Source of the DNA: Fidelibacterota bacterium
GTDB taxonomy: Bacteria > Fidelibacterota > UBA8477 > JABMPR01
Direction of reading: 5' to 3'
Assembly (NCBI GenBank): GCA_016844955.1
Contig: JAERTH010000083.1
Location: 15,712-79,711, forward strand
DNA length: 64,000 nt
Below, in pieces: positions 28,154 to 36,529 of the stretch. The notes under the pieces are model-generated. The model was not told the DNA's origin and did no database searches. It saw only the letters and a program-made list of their open reading frames with translations. Positions within the stretch are counted from its first letter, which is position 1; every line of letters starts with the position of its first letter. Both the position numbers and the translations under genes were made by a program.

Positions 28154-28921
28154 ATGCCCGGTCGCCAGGAAAGCAAATATGTTATTCCCGTGTATGCCAT
28201 GGATGATCTACGGGCCGCCGTAGCTCCCTATGTCCGCGCTGATAACCACCGAGCGCTTCAGCATTCCAACATCTATGAGATTCGCTCGATCTATTTTGAC
28301 AGTTTTGATCTAAAAGATTATTATGAGAAACATGCTGGTTTGCAGATGCGTAAGAAATTGCGGATGCGCGGCTACAATACTATGACTGAGGAGAGTGAAG
28401 TATTTCTAGAGATCAAATGGAAGAACAATCTGTTTATCTCCAAGGACCGTACACCGATTAAGTATAAGGATGCCCGGGCTATTCTGGCTGGCGGTGACCT
28501 GGATAATTATTTTCCGTATCGGAAGGACTTTCCCCAGGCCCGAGAAAAAGCCAGTAAGTTTCTGTTCTACTTGAAACGACACTCCCGAGTTCCTTTGAAC
28601 CTCGTGACTTACACCCGGGAAGCCTATATCGGTAAATTCAATCATTCCGATAGAGTTACTTTTGATTCCCATATCAGATCCATGATGTATCCGGGTCTGG
28701 ATGACCTCTTCGAGGAAGAGCGTCTCAGGACTTTTCTGGATAGAGAGTTTGTACTTGAATACAAATCAGAAAATCCCATGCCCGAATGGTTCAAAAAAAT
28801 TATCCGGCGTTTCAATTTGAGGAAACAGGCCTTTTCCAAATATGTCAGGGGCATTGACGCCCATTATCGCGCAGTGGGGGATTGCACCAAGCGTGAAATA
28901 GTTTCAATGAGTCATTACTAG
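28154..28921 (+). CDS. VTC-domain (CYTH-like, polyphosphate-polymerase-type tunnel) protein
   Basis: 255-aa ORF starting 8 nt after the previous gene. 'ESKYVIP...', 'IRSIYFDSFDL', 'LRMRGY' and 'FLEIKWKNN' are typical of bacterial VTC-domain proteins (PF09359) as I recall them. Followed by the canonical DUF4956 partner. Confidence 0.65.
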   Translation: MPGRQESKYVIPVYAMDDLRAAVAPYVRADNHRALQHSNIYEIRSIYFDSFDLKDYYEKHAGLQMRKKLRMRGYNTMTEESEVFLEIKWKNNLFISKDRTPIKYKDARAILAGGDLDNYFPYRKDFPQAREKASKFLFYLKRHSRVPLNLVTYTREAYIGKFNHSDRVTFDSHIRSMMYPGLDDLFEEERLRTFLDREFVLEYKSENPMPEWFKKIIRRFNLRKQAFSKYVRGIDAHYRAVGDCTKREIVSMSHY

Positions 28922-28929
28922 AAAGACAA

Positions 28930-29616
28930 ATGATGCAGTTACAAGACCTACAAACCGTTATGGACATGAATATCCGCACAGGGGATGTCTTGTTCAACCT
29001 CCTGGTTGCCTTCCTGTGTGGCTGGTTTATTGCCCAGACCTACAAGATCACCTTTGGTGGTGCCTCTTATTCAAAAAGTATATCCAATGCGCTGGTTGTG
29101 CTCGCCATGATCACATCAGTTGTGATTCTGGTGATTGGCAACAATCTAGCGCGGGCCTTTGGACTGGTAGGTGCCATGTCCATTATTAGGTTTCGCACCG
29201 CCGTGAAAGATCCCATGGATATTGTCTTCATATTCTTTTCGCTGGCAGTGGGTCTGGCAGCAGGGGTGGGTTTGGCCCAAATCGCCATCATTGGCACTTT
29301 GAGTGTCAGCGGCGTGTTACTGGTTATGAGCAAAGTAGGTTACGGCTCCAGTCGGAGTGATGAGAATTTGCTCCAATTTGCCTATAGTGGAGATCACAAT
29401 GGGGGAGAACCTCCCTATCTGGAAACGATTCAAAACCATTGCCGTCGCTTCACCATGATCAATGTCAGATCACTGGGAAGCAGCACCCAGTATGAAATCT
29501 CGTACTATGTCACACTACGAGATGCAACCAAGGGCAATGACCTGGTAAAAGACCTCTCTAAGTTGGAAGATGTTGATAAAATCAATCTGTATTCAGACGA
29601 GTCGCTTACCAACTAA
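28930..29616 (+). CDS. DUF4956-family integral membrane protein
   Basis: 228-aa ORF with 4 hydrophobic segments. Signature-like 'GLVGAMSIIRFRTAVKDPMDIVFIFFSLAVGLAAG'. Confidence 0.65.
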   Translation: MMQLQDLQTVMDMNIRTGDVLFNLLVAFLCGWFIAQTYKITFGGASYSKSISNALVVLAMITSVVILVIGNNLARAFGLVGAMSIIRFRTAVKDPMDIVFIFFSLAVGLAAGVGLAQIAIIGTLSVSGVLLVMSKVGYGSSRSDENLLQFAYSGDHNGGEPPYLETIQNHCRRFTMINVRSLGSSTQYEISYYVTLRDATKGNDLVKDLSKLEDVDKINLYSDESLTN

Positions 29617-29693
29617 ATCTTAAGGTATGCAGATAAATCACACCTGAAACTCGCTTGACGCATTCGGATATCTACTAATTTCAGGGTAAAACT

Positions 29694-29720
29694 CAGAAGC
29701 CCCGCGGTGCGGGGCTTCTG
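29694..29720. terminator. Strong GC-rich hairpin (possible bidirectional terminator) after the DUF4956 gene
   Basis: CAGAAGCCCCGC-ggt-GCGGGGCTTCTG, a perfect 12-bp stem. There is no T-run on the + strand. The minus-strand side is followed by GAGTTTT. Confidence 0.45.
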
Positions 29721-30004
29721 AATGTCAAGGAGGGATTGTTTATTATAAAGGAGAGAGTTCTTTATTTATCCCTACACTCATCATCGTCGCATATACTCTA
29801 GTCTTTGGATTTACCCCAATTCTACCAAAGATTCTTTTCACCCAGATACTAATCGGATAAAAGTGAGAAAATTGAGCAAGTCTGGTTAAAATTTGATACG
29901 TTTCATGCAACAACATCATTAATTCATAGATACCCTGATTCTTCCACACCCAAATTTGCACGACAGCTACCTGCATCAGGTGCTGCACCACAATTTTCTT
30001 TGCC

Positions 30005-30029
30005 AATTCATATCCAATTGATATGAATT
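30005..30029. promoter_or_regulatory. Perfect 10-bp inverted repeat AATTCATATC-N5-GATATGAATT (operator/UAS candidate)
   Basis: Read directly from the sequence. Its centre is about 118 bp upstream of the TGGCAC element at 30135. Confidence 0.3.
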
Positions 30030-30134
30030 ATATATCGATCTGAATAGATATTCATTGTTCGGAAAACCCTTCTGGTGTGAAAAATTTCTGTAAAATCATA
30101 AATAACAGGCAGTAAGAATTGTCAAATCCATCCT

Positions 30135-30149
30135 TGGCACATGCCTTGT
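30135..30149 (+). promoter_or_regulatory. Sigma-54-like promoter candidate upstream of the HlyD/ABC/FtsX operon
   Basis: TGGCAC-ATGCC-TTGT (30135-30149). The -24 element and the TTG are perfect, but the conserved -12 GC is GT. It lies about 100 nt upstream of ATG 30251. Confidence 0.3.
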
Positions 30150-30250
30150 GTTAAGAAACCACATGACATCTGCAGGAAGCATCACTAATCAGAACAATTG
30201 GATCGGTGGAAAAGCTTGCTGCATCCACAAAATGCAGGGATGAATTAACC

Positions 30251-31507
30251 ATGGATAAAAAAATTGAAAAAACAAGCTGGCAGAAATACAAATCTGTAGT
30301 CTACCCCACCGTTTTCATGATGCTGGTCATTGTGGCCTTTGCTATGAGTACGCGTCGAGGCGAATCACTAAAGATTAATGGTCAACGTATACAGCTGAGC
30401 ACGGTTGAAAGAGGTGAGTTTCAGGAATTTATTGCATTGAGTGGAAGTGTGGTGCCTCTTAAAACCTATTACCTGGATGCCATTGAAGGGGGCAGAGTGG
30501 AGATGCGTTACATTGAAGCAGGCACCTTTGTTGAAAAGGGTGATCCCATCCTCAGTCTGGCCAATACCAATTTGCTGCTGGACATTATGTATCGTGAAGC
30601 CGAACTCTTTCAGCAGAGCAATAATTTGAGAAATACGAAACTCGCCATGCAGCAGAATCGACTCACCATCCAATCCCAACTCCTGGATCTTGATTACCAG
30701 ATTCGCCAATCCAAACGCGTCTATCAGAGAAATGAAAAGCTGGCCGAGAAAAAAATGATTTCAAACGAGGAATACGAAGCCAGCCTGGATGACTACCAGT
30801 TTCTGGAAAAGAAACGTGACCTGACACTCTTGTCTTTTGGACAGGATTCCATCTACCGGGAAGTCCAGATCGAGCAACTGGAGAGTGGCTTGAAGCGCAT
30901 GCAGGACAATATGGAAATTGTGAAGCAAAATTTAGATAATCTTGTCATCAAAGCACCAGTATCAGGTCAATTAACTGCACTAAATGCTGAAATTGGTGAA
31001 TCCAAGAATCGTGGGGAGCGACTGGGGCAGATAGATATTCTGGATGGTTTTAAAGTCTCTACCCCAGTCGATGAGCATTTTATTACGCGAGTAGACCTGG
31101 GACAGACTGCAATTTTTACCTTAAGTAATCAAGAATACACTATTACACTGACAAAAATTTATCCAGAAGTACTCAATGGACAATTCAGAATCGAGCTTGA
31201 ATTCACTGAAGTGGAACCCGCTGAAATCCGTAGAGGGCAGACCCTGCACTTGCGTCTGGAATTGGGAAATTCAAACCAGGCCCTCCTGTTAAGAAGGGGT
31301 GGATTTTACCAGGAGACAGGTGGCCAATGGGTCTATGTCATGGCTGAGGACAATCGCTCAGCAGTTAAACGCAACATCAAATTGGGCCGCCAGAACCAGG
31401 ATTACTACGAAGTGCTGGAAGGGCTGGAACCTGGAGATCGTGTCATCACCAGTAACTACGGACAGTTCGGGGATTATGAACTACTCACATTTGCCGAAGA
31501 AGTTTAA
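30251..31507 (+). CDS. HlyD-family periplasmic adaptor (MacA-like)
   Basis: The track ORF begins at GTG 30206. I prefer ATG 30251 (MDKKIEKTSWQKYK + TM 'VVYPTVFMMLVIVAFAM'). Lipoyl-like 'VEKGDPILSL' and 'IKAPVSGQLTALNAEIGE', plus a coiled-coil region. Confidence 0.8.
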   Translation: MDKKIEKTSWQKYKSVVYPTVFMMLVIVAFAMSTRRGESLKINGQRIQLSTVERGEFQEFIALSGSVVPLKTYYLDAIEGGRVEMRYIEAGTFVEKGDPILSLANTNLLLDIMYREAELFQQSNNLRNTKLAMQQNRLTIQSQLLDLDYQIRQSKRVYQRNEKLAEKKMISNEEYEASLDDYQFLEKKRDLTLLSFGQDSIYREVQIEQLESGLKRMQDNMEIVKQNLDNLVIKAPVSGQLTALNAEIGESKNRGERLGQIDILDGFKVSTPVDEHFITRVDLGQTAIFTLSNQEYTITLTKIYPEVLNGQFRIELEFTEVEPAEIRRGQTLHLRLELGNSNQALLLRRGGFYQETGGQWVYVMAEDNRSAVKRNIKLGRQNQDYYEVLEGLEPGDRVITSNYGQFGDYELLTFAEEV

Positions 31508-31535
31508 CACGCAATAATTATTGAAGGAGAAAATC

Positions 31536-32225
31536 ATGATAAAAACTGAAAAGCTCAACAAAGTATTTAGATCCGAGGAAATTGAAACCACTGCCCTCAA
31601 TGAAATTGACCTGGCTATTAAAGCAGGTGAATTTGTATCCATTATGGGACCATCTGGTTGTGGTAAATCTACCCTGATGAATGTGCTGGGGCTTCTGGAC
31701 AATCCCACATCTGGTCAATACCACTTCCTGGGTGAAGAGGTAGGCTCGTACAACGAACGTCAGCGGGCTGATTTTCGGAAAGCCAATATTGGTTTTGTTT
31801 TTCAGAGCTTCAACCTGATTGATGAATTGAGTGTCTATGAGAATGTTGAATTGCCACTGCTTTATCTGGGAGTGCAGGCAGCAGAGCGTAAGGAACGTGT
31901 GAATGCCATGTTAGAAAAAATGGGTGTTGGCCATAGAAACGGACATTACCCACAGCAACTCTCAGGAGGACAGCAGCAGCGTGTTGCTGTTTCCAGAGCT
32001 CTGGTTACTGATCCAAAAATTGTACTGGCTGATGAACCCACTGGAAATCTGGATTCACAACATGGTGATGAGGTCATGAATCTATTGAAAGATTTGAACC
32101 AGCAGGGGACAACCATCGTGATGGTGACCCACTCACCAGCATATGCTGCCTATGGCAACCGAACCGTCAATTTGTTTGATGGTAAAATTGCAGACGAGAC
32201 CCTTAATGGAAATTTCCATGTTTAA
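31536..32225 (+). CDS. ABC transporter ATP-binding protein (MacB/LolD-type)
   Basis: The track start TTG 31521 contains the RBS (AAGGAGA), so ATG 31536 is preferred. Walker A 'GPSGCGKST', Q-loop, signature 'LSGGQQQRVAVSRAL', Walker B 'VLADEPTGNLD'. Confidence 0.9.
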   Translation: MIKTEKLNKVFRSEEIETTALNEIDLAIKAGEFVSIMGPSGCGKSTLMNVLGLLDNPTSGQYHFLGEEVGSYNERQRADFRKANIGFVFQSFNLIDELSVYENVELPLLYLGVQAAERKERVNAMLEKMGVGHRNGHYPQQLSGGQQQRVAVSRALVTDPKIVLADEPTGNLDSQHGDEVMNLLKDLNQQGTTIVMVTHSPAYAAYGNRTVNLFDGKIADETLNGNFHV

Positions 32226-32270
32226 TCCCAATAGCTGTAATTACTCACCACCAAATATGGAGTATCGATT

Positions 32271-34703
32271 ATGTGGTTAAGTTACTTAAAAGTGGCATTC
32301 CGATCCTTGATCAAACAACGACTCTATGCCTTTATCAATATTGCCGGTTTGGCCATTGGCGTTAGCACGTGTATTCTCATACTCATGTATGTTCGCTATG
32401 AGCAAAGCTATGACCGGTTTCATCCTCAAGCAAATCAGATCCAGCGGCTGAATCTCGCAGGAAAATTAGGGGACAATGAGTTTAGAATGACCAACTCAAC
32501 AGCCCCTGCCGGGCCAGCGATGTTGGAAGAATATCCTGAAGTTATCAATTATGTTCGTATCAGGAACACCGGCTTCCCTGTTTTGCGCTATGAAGATAAA
32601 GTGTTCTCCGAGGAACACTGGTGGCAGGCTGATTCCACTATTTTCGAGGTCTTCAATATCCCCATGACAATTGGGGATCCGAAAACGGCCCTGACACAAC
32701 CATTTTCAGTCGTCATCACAGAAAAAATGGCCAGGAAATATTTCGGTGATGAAGATCCCATCGGCAAGGTATTAAACTCGGATAACCGCTCCGATTGGAC
32801 AGTGACTGGTGTTGTACAAGAAATGCCTCCAAATTCTCATTGGCACTTTGAGTTTCTGGGAGCCATGGTCACCTATGGAGACTCTCGGAGTACCATGTGG
32901 CTCAATAACAATTTCCAGACCTATCTATTGCTGCAAGAGGGGGCAAGCCCAGACGAGCTACAAGCCAAGTTTCGTGATTTGATACAGCGCAATGTTGGTC
33001 CAGAACTCCAACGCTTCATGGGGATAAGCATGGATCAACTTGAAGCGCGCGGCGATGCCTATGAGCTCTTTCTGACCCCACTGGTGGATATTCATCTGTA
33101 CTCTGACCTTCAAGGGGAAATTGAGGTGAATGGTGATGGAAAAACAGTGAGAATCTTTGGCTTTATTGCTGTCTTTATACTTCTATTGGCCTGTATCAAC
33201 TATATGAATCTCTCCACTGCAAGATCAATGAGCCGGGCCCGGGAGATTGGGATTCGCAAGACACTGGGCTCAAAACGAGGACAGATTATTGTACAATTCC
33301 TGGCTGAGTCAATTTTTGTGACATTCATAGCATTCAGTCTGGCCTTATTGTTGGTTAAAATTCTCCTACCCTGGTTTTCCGGACTCATTGATACTCCCCT
33401 TAACCTGGAATTGTCGGATATTCCATGGGTGTATTTATGGGTCATTCCTGTGGGTCTTCTGGCTGGTAGCTACCCGGCATTTCTACTGTCCTCATTCAAT
33501 CCACTCAGGGTTTTGAAGGGCAAACCAACTGCAGGAAAGGGCGGAAATTGGTTGAGAAACGGTCTCGTGATCTTTCAATTCTCAGTTTCAATCACCTTAT
33601 TGATCGGAACCATGATTATTAAAGACCAGCTGGATTATATGCAGACCAAAGACCTGGGACTTAAGCCTGAAAATCTGATCGTCGTGAATAAAACTGATGA
33701 CATTGGTCGGACTATCCAGGGCTTTAAAACTGCACTTCGTGATAACCCGGGTACAATTTTGGTATCCAATAGTACGGTAATACCTGGAAACCCTGATGGG
33801 GTGAATGGAAATGCCACCGGAATGATGATAAATGATGAAGAGGTCGTTCGCCTGCTGGCCCAATTCTTTGTGGATTATGATTATGCCAATGTCTATGGTC
33901 TTGACATGGCCGAGGGACGCTTTTTCTCACGTGATTGGGGCACTGATACCCTGGCAGCAGTGATCAATGAAGCCACAGTGAAAGCATACGGAATCACGGA
34001 CCCCATCGGCAAGGAGTTGCTCACTTTTCAGCGGGGGCCGGACAGAGTACCTGTGAAAATTATAGGTGTTGTGGAGGATTACCATTTTGAGGCACCCCAA
34101 TTGGAAATTCGTCCCTTGGCCATGTTTCTCATACCAGATCAGTTTAGCAGGACTCGGGTCAATTGGGGGAAATTTGTCACCATAAAAATTGATCCTGATC
34201 AGATGACTTCAAGTCTGGCTCATATAGAGTCCTCATGGAAACGGTTTGCTGGAGAACAGGCTCTGGAATTCGATTATTTTGATGAATTCTACAATGAATT
34301 GTTTAGTGCAGAACAGCAAGCATCCAACATCATTATGCTTTTTGCAGCTCTGGCCATCTTTATCGCCTGCCTGGGGCTTTTAGGCCTGGCAGCTTACACG
34401 GCGGAGCGTCGTACCAAGGAAATTGGCATACGCAAAGTACTGGGAGCTTCGGTTATCACCATCCTGATAATGTTATCCAAGGATACCATGAGAATGGTGG
34501 TGGTTTCCATCCTGATAGCCATTCCTATTTCCTATTACGCCATGCAGGAATGGTTAGCTAATTTTGCCTACCGGGTGGATATCAGTCTAATCATCTTCGT
34601 CGGTGCCTCGTTGTTGGCTGTGGTCATCGCCATTATCACCGTAGTTCTGCAATCCCTTCAGGCAGCAGTTGTCAATCCCGTCAAGTCTCTAAGATACGAG
34701 TAA
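32271..34703 (+). CDS. ABC transporter permease, duplicated FtsX/MacB-type (two periplasmic core + FtsX modules)
   Basis: 810-aa ORF with 'FRSLIKQRLYAFINIAGLAIG' at the N-terminus. Two FtsX-like repeats, each with '(E)IGIRK(T/V)LG(S/A)' (aa ~325 and ~715). Confidence 0.9.
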   Translation: MWLSYLKVAFRSLIKQRLYAFINIAGLAIGVSTCILILMYVRYEQSYDRFHPQANQIQRLNLAGKLGDNEFRMTNSTAPAGPAMLEEYPEVINYVRIRNTGFPVLRYEDKVFSEEHWWQADSTIFEVFNIPMTIGDPKTALTQPFSVVITEKMARKYFGDEDPIGKVLNSDNRSDWTVTGVVQEMPPNSHWHFEFLGAMVTYGDSRSTMWLNNNFQTYLLLQEGASPDELQAKFRDLIQRNVGPELQRFMGISMDQLEARGDAYELFLTPLVDIHLYSDLQGEIEVNGDGKTVRIFGFIAVFILLLACINYMNLSTARSMSRAREIGIRKTLGSKRGQIIVQFLAESIFVTFIAFSLALLLVKILLPWFSGLIDTPLNLELSDIPWVYLWVIPVGLLAGSYPAFLLSSFNPLRVLKGKPTAGKGGNWLRNGLVIFQFSVSITLLIGTMIIKDQLDYMQTKDLGLKPENLIVVNKTDDIGRTIQGFKTALRDNPGTILVSNSTVIPGNPDGVNGNATGMMINDEEVVRLLAQFFVDYDYANVYGLDMAEGRFFSRDWGTDTLAAVINEATVKAYGITDPIGKELLTFQRGPDRVPVKIIGVVEDYHFEAPQLEIRPLAMFLIPDQFSRTRVNWGKFVTIKIDPDQMTSSLAHIESSWKRFAGEQALEFDYFDEFYNELFSAEQQASNIIMLFAALAIFIACLGLLGLAAYTAERRTKEIGIRKVLGASVITILIMLSKDTMRMVVVSILIAIPISYYAMQEWLANFAYRVDISLIIFVGASLLAVVIAIITVVLQSLQAAVVNPVKSLRYE

Positions 34704-34727
34704 TTCATAGTTCCATAAACCCTGCAC

Positions 34728-34762
34728 AATCCCCTCATCATGAAAGTGGTGGGGGGATTTTT
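34728..34762 (+). terminator. Rho-independent terminator of the ABC efflux operon
   Basis: 13-bp stem AATCCCCTCATCA / TGGTGGGGGGATT (2 G-U pairs), loop TGAAAG, followed by a T-run (34758-34762). Confidence 0.65.
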
Positions 34763-35091
34763 AATTCAATGTATAAACCACGCTGGCCCCAGAGGGATCC
34801 CCTTGATGACAATCAAATTGTTGTCGTCCGGGAGCCTTTCTATAACTTCCTATCTTGTAATTAGTTGCTAATAGTTTAATATTATCAATTAAAGAAATTC
34901 AGTCGTTACCCGATCTTAAGATATGAATCTTAAAATCGGTGGGAGTGGGGAAACACTATATCAATTCAGAATCAATCAGGTGGGTATTGTCCTATAGTAT
35001 TGCAGGCGTGGAATGCAGTCTCAATGGCGGGCTATGCTCACTCAAATCTATCAGCATTTAATTATCACCCGAAACTTTGGAGGAATTCACA

Positions 35092-36465
35092 ATGAAACGA
35101 ACAGCTCTAGTAATTAGCCTTTTAGTAGTAGCTCTGGTCCTGAGCACCACTGCCCAGACTATCAGCACCCAGGGTGTCCTCAGGGATAGTGATGGACATT
35201 CCGTAGAGGATGGTGACTATACCATGACCTTTTCCATCTACGGAGCTGAAACAGGTGGAACCCTCCTGTGGGGTCCAGGAACTCAAACCGTTACTGTAGA
35301 GAATGGCATCTATCATGTCGTTCTAGGTGAAGATTCACCCATAACCTCCTTTAATTCGGATGGTAGCAATTATTTGGAGATTTCTGTTGAAAATGAGACC
35401 ATGACACCGCGTCTGCGTCTGAATGTTTCACCTTACGAGCTATCTGAATTATCAGGGTCAAGTAATACCGTACCAGGGAGTGGCAATGTTGGTATCGGAA
35501 CCACCAATCCTCAAGCCAAGCTCAGTATTGTGGCTCCTGGTGACAATGTAGATTTGCTCCATTTTGATGAAAATTCAGATTCGGAAAAAGAATTTAGTTT
35601 CCAGGGGATGTTCAGCCCTGCTGGTGGTGCTAATGGTCTGAAGTTAAGATCGCAGTGGGTGGATAAGATCATGTTCTGGCGCGGAGATGGAAATGTCGGT
35701 ATTGGCACCCAGGATCCTGCCGCTAAGTTGCATGTTGAAGGAACGATATACTCCCCCAATCAATTCTCCACACGAACCACCAATATTGGTCAGTCCATGG
35801 AAAAGGGTACTTCGGCTCGAACAACCCTACGCTTTGACTCAGATAGCTATCGTATCTATGCCGGTGGTACAGGCGGTGTTGGCTCTGTTTTGACTGCTTT
35901 AGAGTCTGGAAAAGTTGGAATAGGTACTACTACTCCGGATCAGAAGTTGGTCGTTAATGGTGGCTCAGATGTAACCGTTTCAAGTGGTGCATACATCCAA
36001 ACAGGATTAACCAGCGGATCAAATATCGGGATTGATGACAACGAGATCATGGCACGTAACAATGGCTCAACCTCGACGCTGTATTTAAACACAGAGGGTG
36101 GAACCGTTAATGTCGGGGGGGATGCCCAATTCGAGTCCGAGATTGAGGTCCAGCATGGTAGCAGTTTTACCAAACCTTTTCAATTCGTACGCTACAGCGG
36201 AAGTGGTGAAAATTGTACTATTGCAACCACCTATAGCGAAGATGACTGGATTGCTGCTGTGGTTGGTTTTGATGCCGGATCTGGTGATATCGATGAAGGG
36301 GGAACTGAGGATCTGTGGCAGATAAATTGTGCTGTTGCCTCAGATGGCAATTGGGAAATCTTCTGTGATGCACCCACCCATAACAATTATCCAGATTGGC
36401 AAATATACGTAATGTTTGTCAGTACAAAACTTGGATCAGCCACCACTGGTTACAAATCTCACTGA
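35092..36465 (+). CDS. Tail-fibre-like secreted protein, paralogue 1 (cassette 1 small partner)
   Basis: The track ORF starts at TTG 35077, which contains the RBS GGAGGA, so ATG 35092 is preferred. Signal peptide present. Conserved N-domain 'QGVLRDSDGHSVEDGDYTMTFSIY..ETGGTLLW'. Three 'GNVGIGTxxPxxKL' repeats. Unique Cys-containing C-terminal globular region. No T9SS CTD. Confidence 0.65.
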   Translation: MKRTALVISLLVVALVLSTTAQTISTQGVLRDSDGHSVEDGDYTMTFSIYGAETGGTLLWGPGTQTVTVENGIYHVVLGEDSPITSFNSDGSNYLEISVENETMTPRLRLNVSPYELSELSGSSNTVPGSGNVGIGTTNPQAKLSIVAPGDNVDLLHFDENSDSEKEFSFQGMFSPAGGANGLKLRSQWVDKIMFWRGDGNVGIGTQDPAAKLHVEGTIYSPNQFSTRTTNIGQSMEKGTSARTTLRFDSDSYRIYAGGTGGVGSVLTALESGKVGIGTTTPDQKLVVNGGSDVTVSSGAYIQTGLTSGSNIGIDDNEIMARNNGSTSTLYLNTEGGTVNVGGDAQFESEIEVQHGSSFTKPFQFVRYSGSGENCTIATTYSEDDWIAAVVGFDAGSGDIDEGGTEDLWQINCAVASDGNWEIFCDAPTHNNYPDWQIYVMFVSTKLGSATTGYKSH

Positions 36466-36529
36466 TCAATGATACTAAGCTTTATTGTCTATAACTCAAT
36501 TTGCTTGATGTCTTGACAGGAGAATTACC

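Noticed and set aside
29743-30006. 87-aa minus-strand ORF in the 634-bp spacer upstream of the efflux operon. The 29694-29720 hairpin could serve as its terminator.
   Set aside because: No SD sequence, no recognisable motif, and its start overlaps the 30005-30029 palindrome. I treat it as noncoding regulatory DNA unless expression data say otherwise.
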